Assembly: GCF_030684315.1 (NCBI RefSeq) | Contig: NC_081361.1 | Coordinates: 41,337,045 to 41,401,044, forward strand | Direction: 5' to 3' | DNA: 64,000 nt | DNA from: Stegostoma tigrinum | Taxonomy: Eukaryota | In this document: piece after piece, positions 1 through 12,037 of the stretch | Numbering within the stretch: the stretch's first letter is position 1 | How the letters are laid out: the number at the start of each line of letters is the position of its first letter | Notes under the pieces: model-generated | What the model saw: only the letters and a program-made list of their open reading frames with translations | Told to the model about the DNA's origin: nothing | The model's database searches: none | Made by a program: the position numbers and the translations under genes

Positions 1-585
1 AGCTGGGATCAAGTATAAACAATACAGCACAGTATATCACAAAACTTTTGATAATAACATTTTAAATACAAATTCAGCCTATACTCTCGTATCTTGGGTT
101 TCACCCTACAGACTTTACATTACATTACAAAACATGAAAAATTGATATACCAACCAAAGCAAAGTCAGCAACCTTTGGACAAATGAATCTTGTTAGAGTT
201 CAATGTCAGGCTACACGTAGGCATTTGAGTGGAACAGGGAAACTGCAAAAAGTTAAGGGATTTTCATGTAGCACAATCTTTGTAAAACTCAACTTCCAGA
301 TTTTCGATTATTTTATCTGTATATAATCGTCCAGAGATTCCACCAAACCATCCACTTCAGAATTAACCTACACTTCAAACATGTTACAGCAGGAATTATG
401 TTTTCAAGTTTTTTTTTCTTTCCTCCCTTGAAGGTGCTGCCTCATTGCAGAATTAAATAATTCTTCAGAGTGGAAGTTTTCAAAATAGTATTGGGAATCT
501 CTTTCATTTTCCCATGCAGAATTTCTCAATAACTGCACAACTAAAATTACAGCTTTAATGCTAATGACAAAATATGTCTGCTTAC

Positions 586-769
586 CAAAATCGATTTCTT
601 TTAGGACGAATTTCAGTGGTGGTCCAAAAACGAGCTTGACTGATAGCCGCCTTAACTCGCTCATCCTGATCTTCAAAATAATTTGCAGAATCTGCAGCAA
701 TCTGTAGTATCTGCTTTGGTAGACCCTCTATTAATTTAGATTTGGTTAGCCAAAGAGCTTGTTTAACAC
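586..769 (-). CDS. MRPL37: Mitochondrial ribosomal protein L37 (mL37), coding exon 2; gene continues off the left edge
   Basis: Acceptor cccag|GT at 770/769, donor TG|gtaag at 586/585. The 184-nt exon translates (G)VKQALWLTKSKLIEGLPKQILQIAADSANYFEDQDERVKAAISQARFWTTTEIRPKRNRF, matching vertebrate mL37 (GVKQALWLTKTKLIEGLP). Phase fits exon 1. Confidence 0.95.
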
Positions 770-1589
770 CTGGGAAATAGAAATAAACCCTAGTAAGTGC
801 AAACTTAAAAGGAACACCATTTCAGTAAGCAAAAGTGGTTTCATTTATATACTAGTAAATTTCCTCACGCTATTACTCACTCAGTTATTGGATAAAATCT
901 TTTCACAGATGAATTAGAAATAGGGTTCACAAAAATTTGACAAATTGCTTTACAAAGCCATGTGGTGGACTCAGCCTGCAAGTACAGAATGTTTACAGCA
1001 GAGCTAATGGGAAACAGTCACACAGATGAAGCGATCTGACAGCAAACTGACCAGATCTAAGCTCCGCACTCCAGTCATGCACAGTGGTAGACAGTTAAAC
1101 AACTAGCAGGACACCTCACAAATATCCCTATCCTCAAAACTTGGGGAACCCAACACATAATCACAAAAGACAAGCCAAGTATTGCGGCAATCTTTTAGCC
1201 AAAAGTGTCCAATAAATGATCCATCTTGGCCCCTCCTGTAGGCCTTCAGCCAATTTGATTCACTTTACATGATATCAATAAAGTGCCTGACAATGGATAC
1301 TACAAAGTCTATAGGCTCTGAAAACATTCCTTCAATGTTAATGAAGACTTGTACTCAGAACTAGCAATGCCCCTAGTCAAGCTCTTCCAGCACAGCTACA
1401 TTTCTGGCAACCACCTGACGAGTAAAATTATCCGGGTATGTCTTGTACACAAAACTGAGGTCAATGAGTTGGGTGGAAGTTCTCCATTGGTTGGAGTCAT
1501 GCCTAGCAGAACAGAAGATGGTTGGGGTTATTAGAGGTCAATTATCCAAACACTAGGACATCACTTCAAGAGTTCCTCAGGGTAGTGGC

Positions 1590-1925
1590 TATGGAAGTCG
1601 CGGACTAGTGGTAACATAACTGGACTTGTAATCCATAATCACAAGTTAATGTACTGGGACATGGTTCTGTATTTCATCAAGGCAGATGTTGGAATTTAAA
1701 TTTCACAAAAGTGCAGAATAAAAATTTGGCCTAATAGTGATCATGCAACCATTATTGATGATGCAAGTCACTCATTTATTTCACTGATGTCTTTTAGGCA
1801 AGGAAATCTGCCATCCTTAGCTGGTCTGGCCTACATACGATTCCAGAGTGACAGAAGTGTGGATAATTGCGTTGGGCAATAAATACTGCCCTAGCCAGAG
1901 ATGCCTACATGCCATGGATGTATAG
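1590..1925 (+). mobile_element. tRNA-derived SINE (second family)
   Basis: Homologous to the reverse complement of 11255-11590; tail GGGCAATAAATACTGCCCTAGCCAG. Confidence 0.6.
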
Positions 1926-2870
1926 GGAAAAAAAAAAATCAGGCCACACAAATACCAGGCAATGACCATCTCCAACAAAAGCAAGTCTAGCCATCAATTC
2001 TTGACATTCAAAATATCATTATTATTGGTGAATTCCCCCATGATCAACAGCGGTAGTGATCATTGAGCAGAAAATTAAACTGGACCAAACATACAAATAC
2101 TCTAAGAGTTGGATCAAAATCCTGGAACTCCTTTCCTAACTACGATGGGTGTCTAAGGACTAGGGCAGTTCAAGATTGCAGATCACCACTTTTTGCACAA
2201 GGACACTTAATTGATCATAATTTTTACAACAGGAATGGAGGTTCATGGATGTCCAGTATATCCCCAACAAGATTTTTAATGATCCATACCAGCAGCTATA
2301 CAAAATGTTTTGTTTTACTGCTAAATTTGAACTAGGATTTCATTGATGGAATTCTTCATATAGCTCTGCATAGCTACTTTAAGTCCTGATTAATCATAAA
2401 AATCAGGCCAAAGTATTTGCCCAAAATCACAATAACATTTCTAGATGGACAATTTATTATTAGTATTCTCTCTTTGGCTCCAACCAATGGGACATCAATA
2501 TCAACATAGCGCTTATGTCCAAATATCTGAGAAGCAATGAGACAGGATGACGTAAGTAATAAGCAAGGACAGATTCTACATTCATAAAAAGCCCTAACTA
2601 ATCTCTCTCAAGATTAATATTCATTCAACGAGTAACATAAAAATCCTATTTCCTTCAGAATAAACAGCTTAACAAGGTCATATTCTTAGAAACAGAATTT
2701 TCCAAAGTATATGTCTCACTGATTGCTGGCAAATCATCACCTAAAGAAAAGCCAGCATTCTCCAATATTTAATTAGATGAATTTCTTTTTAAGGTAACTA
2801 GCGGTCTTTATTTCCCCAACCTATTCCACGGTGGTATTTAAATTACAAAAAAAGTGCACAATAATAAATG

Positions 2871-3034
2871 GCATCAGAGAAGCAGGAAAGTTTGACGTTT
2901 TGGGTCGTGACCCTTCTTCAACCCGAAACGTCAAACTTTCCTGCTCCTTTGATGCTGCTTGCCTGTTGTGTTCATCCAGCTTCACAGCTGTTATCTCAGG
3001 TTCTCCAGCATCAGCAGTTCCTACTATCTCTGTA
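2871..3034 (+). mobile_element. Mini Penelope pLTR/hammerhead fold-back insertion (family 1)
   Basis: An inverted hammerhead fragment (2871-2920) precedes a forward GAAACGTC...tail (2921-3030). TSD ACAATRATAAATGGCAT at 2858-2874 and 3035-3051. Confidence 0.85.
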
Positions 3035-3168
3035 ACAATGATAAATGGCATTGAATTGAAATTGATTTAAGCATTCAAAGTACTACATTAATATCACAAT
3101 TCAGCAACCCCCTACTTTAATTACTGTAAATCAAAAATATTGCTGAAAGCTACAAACTTTGATTTTGA

Positions 3169-3299
3169 GATAGCGATAATAGGAACTGCAGATGCTGGAG
3201 AATCCTAAATAACAAAGTGTGGAGCTGGATGAACACAGCAGGCCAAGCAGTTGCTTGGCCTGCTGTGTTCATCCAGCTCCACACTTGGTTATCTTTTAC
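3169..3299 (-). mobile_element. Mini Penelope pLTR fold-back (family 1)
   Basis: Tail plus 41-bp arms 3209-3249 / 3252-3292 (1 mismatch, 2-nt loop). TTGATTTTGA is duplicated at 3159-3168 and 3300-3309. Confidence 0.85.
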
Positions 3300-6099
3300 T
3301 TGATTTTGATTCATCTACACAAAATGTAGATAGATGACAAAAACAATTAACATGTAAAGCATTTTCCGCATGAAACATGAATTATCCCTATCGACCCAAA
3401 TAGTGGGCCTATGAAATCAAAATTACAACATTAGGCTATGAATTATTATCTGCAGTAAGACAAAGAACATATTATTGCACTTTATACAGTGCCAGTATAC
3501 TCTACACTGATCCTGTGATGTTCAGAAAAAAAAAGGAAGGAATGCTTCCAAGATATGTATAAATGGTTTGCTTACATTTTCAGAATAAAAACAGGCATCC
3601 CACAAAAGACAATAAAGTTCAAAGTTGATAAAAAAGTGGAGAGTTTCAATCATGGTAAGATCTGAAACTAATGGTAAAATATAAGTTTTTGTTCCAACTA
3701 ACACTAATGCGCACACCGTATAAAAATTGTGCCCACTTAGAACAGGATGTGTGCTTACATAAAAAAAACTTCTAGGGATAGTTTACAATTAAGTTTCGTT
3801 TCCTCATCAATTCCTATTCATCTTTCTCTAGTGTCATTTCATTTTGTCAGCTGTTAGATTTCTACCTCTACCCAAATGATTGGTTCTTTAATCAAGACTT
3901 AAATTTTCATATCTGGCATCACTTCCAGGCACATCTTTTGCACTTGTAGCTTCTAGTTCTACAAATTACAGTAGTCCTGAAATGACTCGCATACATTATC
4001 ATTTAATCATATAAACATTTAACATTCCTGAATCAGATTTCCCAATTACTTGAAACCTTAAGTCCTGGGATCAAATCGTGTTGCTCTTATCTGAATATTG
4101 TTATGACCCCAGACCAGGCTAAGCATTTTGTTATGATCCCACATGAGATCATATTACATTATGATCTGGTTAGGGACTAATAACCTCGTAAAAAGTGAGT
4201 TCCAGGAGACTCAAGAAAATAGTGCCACAAAATTCCATGGTTTTGATCATAGAAGAATGAGTTAGAACAGTAATACAATTTGCAGTTAATATGCAATGTA
4301 TTTCTAACACCCAGAATTAACATGTAATAAACACAGATAATATACTGTGATCAAATACCCGACAGTAGAGAGCAAATGTGATCAAGACAGATGCCAACGA
4401 TTTCTCAGGAACTCCTTCCAAACACACATGACACAATGGGTCATCAAATCTTGTTAAACTTCGTGAGTTTACAAGTCTTCAATTTTATCAATCCACCTTT
4501 GAAACTCCCTCCAAAGAACAGTTCTGCCTGTCTCAACAACAGTTCCAGTTCTACTTCATCACCTTTCTTTCCTGGGTTTATGCTTCCGTGGATTCTGAAA
4601 ACTGCACTCCAGCACTTATTCACAGGCACAACTCCAGTGGGTCCTGAGGAATTTTTTGGATTTACCTTGTCCACAAGATCCACAGCTATTCCTTCAAGAC
4701 TATTCCCTCTAAGCTGCTGATTTCCCAGATTCTCTTCTGGCCTCCATGTTAGTTGATATTGTACAGTTCTTGGGCTTCAGGTGTTGACCCTTTCTCTTTC
4801 AAATTTGTTGTCAATACTCCTGTAAATAAACAATTTCTTGATCTCTCCATCTTTGCCAACAACCATCCCATATCCAAATTCCTTCTCTTTTCTAATGTAA
4901 CATACTTTAAAATTCTCTAACACAAATTAAACATGAGGAATGAGAACACCCGCTACACAAAATTAAGTTTGAGGTCAGAGGGATTGCTTGCCAATAATTA
5001 TCAATTGCTGCAATGAAAATCCTTGTTGTGTTGACACTTCCAAATACATTACCATTCTTGAACTTATTTGTTCATGGGACATGAAAACTACTAGCTAGCT
5101 AGTCTGTATTGTTCATCTCAACTGCTAGGTGGTGGTAAGCTGCCTTTTCGAAACACTGCGAACCTAGGTGCAGAGACACACACAATGCTGTGAAAAAAGG
5201 AATTCGGGATTTTGAACCAGTGATAGTTAGGGAACAAAGATATAGTTCTAAATAAGAATGATGCTTGGTTGGAGGAGTATATAAAGGTGGTGGTGCTCTC
5301 ATTCATCTACTGCCCTTGTCCTCTTCGATGGTAGTGATCATAGGTACGGAACGAGCCTGGAGGAGTTACGACAGTGCATCTTATACATGGTATACACTAC
5401 TGCCACCATACATCAGTGGTGAAAGGAATGGATATTGGATGCCAATCAACCACGTTATTTTGTCCTGGATGGTGTCAAGCTTGAACGTTGTTGGACTTGC
5501 ATTCAGCCAGGACAGTGGAGAGTCTGCGTCACAAACCTGCCATGCCCTGTAGACGACAGAATTCCTAGTCTCTGACCTGCTCTTGTAGACACTGTATTTA
5601 GAAAGCTGGTCCAGTTTAGTTTTTGCTAAACAGTAACACCAGAATGTTCCTAATGAGAAATTCAGTAATGGTGATGGGCTTGCATATCAAAAGGTGATGG
5701 TTACATACGTGTTGGTGATGGTCTTTTCCTGCCATTTTTATGGTGCAAATATTACTTGCCACTAAAATATTCCAAGTCTAGATGCTGTACAAGTCTTGCT
5801 ACATTTAGCTATAAATTGTAGTTACAAACATAGCCATTTTAATTTCTCCAATCATAGTTCCACCCCAACCATAGTACCAAAATGGCTCTTATCAACGTCA
5901 CAAATGGCATCTTAGGTAATGTTGATGAAGGAAAACTTTCCCTCCTCACCCTTCTTGACTGTGGCATTTAACATAGCTGACCACACCAACTCCCTCCAGC
6001 TGCTCCACATTATCAACCAGAAGGGAGGGATTACTCTCACATGGTTCCAATTCTACACAGCTAATCATAACCAGAAAAATCACTTGCAATGGTTTCTTG

Positions 6100-6220
6100 G
6101 ATAGTAGGAACTGCAGATGCTGGAGAATCTGAGATAACAAGGTGTACAGCTGGATGAACACTGCAGGCCAAGCAGAATCAGAGGAGCAGGAAAGCTGACA
6201 TTTTGGGCCTTGACCTTTCT
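6100..6220 (-). mobile_element. Mini Penelope pLTR fragment (family 1) inserted in an L2-like LINE
   Basis: Tail-to-hammerhead segment homologous to 58258-58380; it ends in stem II. Confidence 0.8.
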
Positions 6221-6912
6221 TTTCCTATTCTCACACTATTACCCCCAGAGATCCCCAAGATTCAATCCTTGGTCCCCTGCTATTTCTGATCTACATGCTT
6301 CCCCTTAGTGACAACACAAATACACCTTGTTTTCACATGCACACTAATGAAAACTGGCCCTATATTACCACCATCTCAATTGACTCTTCCACCAGCATTA
6401 AATTATTAACTGCTATCCAATACCCAATAACAAATGACAAAAATTTCTTCCAGTTAAATACTGGGAGTAATATTGCTCTTTGCTCCTTGCTCCAAACTTG
6501 TGTCCCTAACTACAAGCTCCAGCATTCTCCCTTGCAAATTAAACCAGTCTTTTCCCACCTTTAATGTCACATTTGATCAAAGATCATTTCCAAGATTGCT
6601 TGTTGGTATCTCAATAAGTGGCTTCACTCATTTTTAACTCACCTGCTAATGAAACCTTCATCCATGCTTTTGCTAACTAAAATTGTATATTCTAAAGTAC
6701 TCCCAGCTGGTCTTCCACATTCTATCCTGCGGCCAGCCACCTAACACACAATAAGTACAGTTTCCCCTTTCACCAATATGCTCACTAGCTTACACTGACT
6801 CCTGGGAAAGCAGTAGCCTAATTTTACAATTCTCATTCTTTTCAAAATCTCTCAAAACTTTGCTCCCCACATCTCTGTAATCTCCTCCAACCCCACACCT
6901 TCAAATATAATC

Positions 6913-9685
6913 AGACGATAAGATATGGAGCAGAATTAGGCCATTCAGCCCATTGGGTCTACTCCAGCATATGATAATGCCTGACGTGCTTCTCAATGCC
7001 ATTCTCCTGTTTTCTTTCCACAAACTTTGATCCCCTTATTAATTAAGAACCTATCCCGGTCTTAAAGACATTCAATGACTTGGTCTCCACAGATGTCTGT
7101 GACAATGGGTTTCACAAATTCATCACCCTCTGACTGAAGAAATTCCTCAGTTTTAAAGGACTGTCTCTTCTACCAGTGTAATGATCTTTTCCATGTCCAG
7201 TTGATCTAGGCCTCTCAGTATTTTGTAAGTTTCAATGAGGTCTCCCTCCTCATCCTTCTGAACTTGATTATAGACCTAGCCACTCCTCATGACAAGCCTT
7301 TCATCCCTGGGATCATCCTTGTAAGCCTCCTCTGGAGTCCCTCCAAGCCAGCAAATCCTTCCATGGAACAGGGCCCAAACTGTTTACAATATTCCATAAG
7401 CGGTCTGACCACGTGGCTTTTCATAACCTCAGCAGCACATTCCTACTCTTGGATTCTAGCCCACTCAATGAATGCTAACATTGCATTTGCATTTCTAACT
7501 GCCAAGTGAATCTACATGTTAACCTTAAAAGAATTTAAAGTAGGACCCCTAAGGCCTCTAGTGCTTCAAATTTCCAAAGCTTTTCTCAATTAGAAAATAA
7601 TCTACATCTCTACTCCTCTTACTGAAGTGCATGACCTCAGCCACTTCTTCACTCACTCACCTAGCTTGTTCTTCTGTAGCCTCCCCAGCTCCTCAACACT
7701 ACCTGTCCCTTTCTACTTGTATTATCTGCAAATAGAGTAAATGTCCTCAGTTCCTTCATCCAGTTCGTTAACGTACAACACAAATAGTTGTGACCCCAAT
7801 ACTGACCCTTGCAGAACTCCACTAGTCACCAGCTGCTATCCTGGAAAAAAGAACTTTTTATCCCCACTCCTTGCCTTCTGCCAGTTAGCCAATCCTCTAA
7901 CTATGCCAGTATCTTGTCCCCAACACCATGGGCTCTTAAACTTATTTAGCAGCCTCCTGTGCAGCACCTTGTCAAATGCCTTCTAGAAGTCTAAATAGAT
8001 CACATCCATCAGCTCTCCTTTGTCTAAGATGCTTAATACCTTCTTAAATAATTCTAACAGATTTGTCAGGTATGACCCCTCCTTGAAGCCACGCTGACTC
8101 AGCCCTACTTTATCATGCACTTCCAAATATTCTGCAATTTCATCCTTAATAATGGACTCTAAATTCTAAGGTCAGGCTAACAGGACAGTAATTTCCCATC
8201 TTCTGCCTCCCTCCCTTTTTAAACAAGGGTGTTATGTTAGCCATTTTTCAGTCCTCTGGGACCCTCCAGAGATTCCTGAAAGATCAGCACCAATACCTCC
8301 ACAATCTCCTCAGCTATCTCCTTCAGAACCCTGGGGTATAGTCCAGCCAGTCTGGGTGATTTATCCACCTTCAAACTTATCAACTTGGCCAGCATCTTCT
8401 CCTCAGTGATGGCCACTACACTCTCCTCTGTTCCAACTCTCGAAGTTCTGATATGTTACTGGCGTTGTTCACCTTGAACACTGATGCAAAGTACCTATTC
8501 AGTTCCTCTAACTTTTCTTTGTTCCTTATTATTCCTTATTACTTCTTCAGCCTCATTTTCCAGTGATCTAATGTCCACTCTTGCCTCTTTCTTCTCTTGC
8601 TACTACTGTTCCACTGTCTTGCCTGCTAGACTCATCTTCCAACCCTTTCTGGCCATCATGTCTTTTTGTTGTTACTTTTACCCAATTGTTATTCCATTAA
8701 TCGGATTCTAGCTTTTCCCTCTCAAACTACAGAGTGTATTCTATTACACTGTGGTCACTGCTCCCAGGGTTCCTTCACTTTAAGCTCTTTAATCGAGTCT
8801 GCCTTGTCACACATAAAATCCATAACTGTCTGTTCCCTAGTGGGATCTACCACAAACTATCTCATAAATGCTCCATGAATTACCTTTCATGGGATCCATT
8901 ACCAACCTGATTTTCCTAGTCTACCTGAATACTGAAGACCCCATGATATTTGCAACAGTACCTTGCTAATTTATTTTCTGTCCCTCATCTTGCTGACTGC
9001 TTGGACACCTGTACATAACTCCAATTAGAATTTTTTTTAAAAATTGTGGTTCCTCAATTCTACCCACACAGATTCTATGCCTTCTGGCCCAATATCACTT
9101 CTTGCTATCAATTTAATTTCACCTCCTACTAACAAGGCAACCCTAGTCCCCTCTGCCTGTCCTTTTGATAAGATGTGTATTCTTGGATATTTAGTTCCCA
9201 GCTGTGATCCCCTTACAACCATGTCCTTGTGATACCCACAACATACCCACTAATTTCAATCTGTGCTACAAACCATTTACTTTGTTTCATACACTGCGCA
9301 CATTTAAGTGCAACACCTTCAATCCTGCCTTAATCACCCCTCTTCTCATAGGTTAACCTGCCCACCCACCCCCATCTGCTGTGCCTGACATTAGATTCCT
9401 GACTCTCTCAATATCCTTTGTACTTGTTCAGGAAACTTTAATAACTTTTCCTTCTAGAAATCAACCTCATCATCAACCAGCAATTCCTACATTCTCCTTT
9501 ACCTTCAATTTTATAGTCTTCAAATGTAACTGAACCTACTCCTCTACTATTTAAAGCCCTAGTTATGGGATTTTCTAGGACTCTGGTCTCAGCACGATTC
9601 AAGTGGAAGCTATCCCAACGGAACAGCACCCTCCTTCCCAGTATTGGTGTTAGTGGTCCCATTAATTCAAACATCTTTTTCCACA
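6913..9685 (-). mobile_element. Decayed long CR1 LINE (ORF1 esterase remnant, endonuclease, RT, 3' end)
   Basis: Minus-strand remnants GRRVLFRWDSFHLN (ORF1 SGNH-like), GIESVWVELRN (APE endonuclease), DF*KAFDKV and VTSGVLQGSVLG (RT). Confidence 0.78.
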
Positions 9686-9698
9686 CATCTGCACTCCT

Positions 9699-9826
9699 GA
9701 TTTCTGAAGAAGGGTCTAGGTCTGAAACGTCAAACTTTCCTGCTCCTCTGATGCTGCTTGGCCTGCTGTGTTCATCCAGCTGTACACCTTATCTCAGATT
9801 CTCCAGCATCTGCAGTCCCTACTATC
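9699..9826 (+). mobile_element. Mini Penelope element with complete hammerhead core (family 1)
   Basis: UUU-CUGAAGA-AGGGUCUAGGUCU-GAAACGUC^AAA (core 9704-9731) followed by the pLTR end and tail. 11-bp TSD TCTGCACTCCT at 9688-9698 and 9827-9837. Confidence 0.87.
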
Positions 9827-10882
9827 TCTGCACTCCTCTAATGTTAGGCTCTTTTGCGTTTCCAAACATAAATTCACCACTATTGGTGGTTCAACCTTCA
9901 GTTGCTTAGGTCTTAAGCTCTGGAATTTTATCTCTCAGCTCACTTATCCTTTTTACAACAGTTCTTTAAGTCAAATTCTTTGAGCAAGCTTTTGGACGTT
10001 GACTTAATACCTCATTATGTAGCTCAGTGCCACAACTTTTTACAGCACTCGTGAAACATGTTGGGACATATCACTATTTTAAAAGCACCATAACTGAAAG
10101 GGAAATTGAACTTAACTAATTTACTAGTGACCTTTGTAACAAGTGGAGTGCCAATAGGGACCAGTATTGGGTCTGAACTATTTTCAGTCTATATTAATAA
10201 GATGGATGATGATATTGAATGCACTGTTGATATATTTCTTGATGACATGAAGGGTCAGTAGCCTGCAAAGACAAAGATAAATTAAGCGAGCGAAGATTTA
10301 GCAGAAAATGGAGCTTGAGCTTGCCCACTTTGACAGGAAAAATAGTAAAGGAACAGATTATTTAAATGGAGATAGATAGCAGAATAAGAATGGTGCCATT
10401 TACAGCAAGGTGAATGGAATATAAACATATGGCTGTTCTTCTACACTTGTAAAGGGTATGGATGAGATCACATAAAATATGGTGAACAACATCAGTGGTC
10501 TTATTTAAGAATGAACATAATTGCATGACAAGGAGTGCAGAGAATGTCTACAGATTGATTTCTGAAATTAGGGCGTTACAAAGGAAAGGTTAGACAAACT
10601 GGGTCTGCATCCATCTGAGTTTAGAAGACCGAGGGGGTCACCAGATTAAAACATACGAGACTTTAACAGGACTTGACAGGTGAGATGCTGAAACGAGTTT
10701 CTGCTTGTGCGAAAGACTAGAAGGAGGAGTCACAGTTGAAACATAAAGGACCTCCCATTTAAGATGGAGATGACAATTTGGACCTCAGTGCTTAAACCAC
10801 CTAAAATCTGGTGCACATTGCCACCAAAAATTGCTAATAATTGTCACGATTTTCTCTAGGGGACATCTGGCAAATAATAATA

Positions 10883-11231
10883 TTCATAGACTCAGAATCC
10901 TAACAGTATGGAAGCAGACCATTCAGCCAATCAAGTCCAAATCAACCCATTGAATAGCATCTCACCCAGAACCACGTCCCTACCCTGTCCCTGCATGGGT
11001 AATCCACCCAGCCTGTGCATCCCTGGAAACAATGGACAATTCAGTTTGGCCAATCCAACTAATCCACATAACACTTTGACAGAGAGGAAACCAGAACACC
11101 CAGAGAAAATCCATGCAGACATGGGGAGAACGTGTAAACCCTGCACAGGCAGTCACCCGAGGGTGGAATCAAACCTGGGTCCGTGACACTGAGAGGCAGT
11201 AGTGCTAACCACTGAGCTACCATGCTGCCCC
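10883..11231 (-). mobile_element. HE1-like tRNA-derived V-SINE
   Basis: tRNA head with A/B boxes (GTAGCTCAGTGGTTAGCACT...CAGGTTTGATTCC), central CTGTCTGTGxxGxGTTTxCAC domain and CR1-like tail. Confidence 0.8.
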
Positions 11232-11254
11232 AAAACTGAAAAAGAAGGGAAATT

Positions 11255-11590
11255 TTCTTTTCTTTATTCCTAGGACGAGGGTGTTGCTGGCCAGGCAGCA
11301 TTTATTGCCCATCCCTAACTACCCAGAGGGCAGTTAAGTGTCAACCACATTGCTGTGGGTTGAAATCACATGTAGGCCAAACCAGGTAAGGAAGGCAGTT
11401 TCCTTCCCTACAGGACATGAGGGAACCAGTTTTTCCAACAATCGACAATGGATTCATGGTCATCATTAGACTCTTCATTCCAGATATTTATTAGATTCAG
11501 ATTCCACTATCTGCCAAGGCAGGACTCAGAACTTTATCGGAGTGTCTGGATTAACAGTCCAGCAACAATGCCACAAGGCCATCCCCTCCC
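11255..11590 (-). mobile_element. tRNA-derived SINE (second family)
   Basis: tRNA-like head at the right end; its tail GATGGGCAATAAATGCTGCCTGGCCAGC is shared with the LINE 3' end at about 53235-53285. Confidence 0.65.
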
Positions 11591-11948
11591 ATAACAGTCA
11601 ATGATAAACATACGTTACTGGAGAAAATGTCAGCAAATTGAACTAAAGATATTGAAAAGAAAGAAAATAGGTGAATAAATCTTAAGAAATATTAAACAGC
11701 AGATGGTTTAGAGTACAAAGTTTCACACTATCACATTTACACGTGACAGGGTTACACTAGTGCAGAGAAATGCTATAAGTTAACAAGCCATACACATACA
11801 TTTAAAAATAAAAAATTAATTTAAAACATTAAAAATTAATTTTCACAGCCCAGTAATTTCAGAGATACATTAGTTTAAAAGACTAAAACACAAATGCATT
11901 TATAGGAAGATAAATCTTCCCCTCACTGCCCAAATCCAGCAGGTGATG

Positions 11949-12037
11949 TGAAGAGTCTAGGCCTGAAACATCAGCTTTTGTGCTCCTAAGATGCTGCTTG
12001 GCCTGCTGTGTTCATCCAGCTCCACACTTTGTTATCT
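11949..12037 (+). mobile_element. Mini Penelope pLTR fragment (family 1), no tail
   Basis: Degenerate hammerhead followed by AGCTTTTGTGCTCCTAAGATGCTGCTTGGCCTGCTGTGTTCATCCAGC, matching 60608-60655. Confidence 0.8.

Larger units (their letters stand above)
5815..10095 (+). mobile_element. Decayed L2-like LINE (5815-6900, resuming 9838-10095), interrupted by a CR1 and two mini-Penelope inserts
   Basis: RT remnants (AFNIADH, PQDSILGPLLFLIYMLPL) and an L2-type 3' end; similar to 16230-17145. Confidence 0.55.

Noticed and set aside
404-700. 98-aa ORF in the supplied track
   Set aside because: It is the wrong frame over MRPL37 exon 2 and runs into the intron.
4099-4922. Possible solo LTR (TGTTATGA start; also 24980-25376 TGTTA...TAACA and 18086-18426)
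   Set aside because: No matching TSD could be found, so the boundaries are unsupported.
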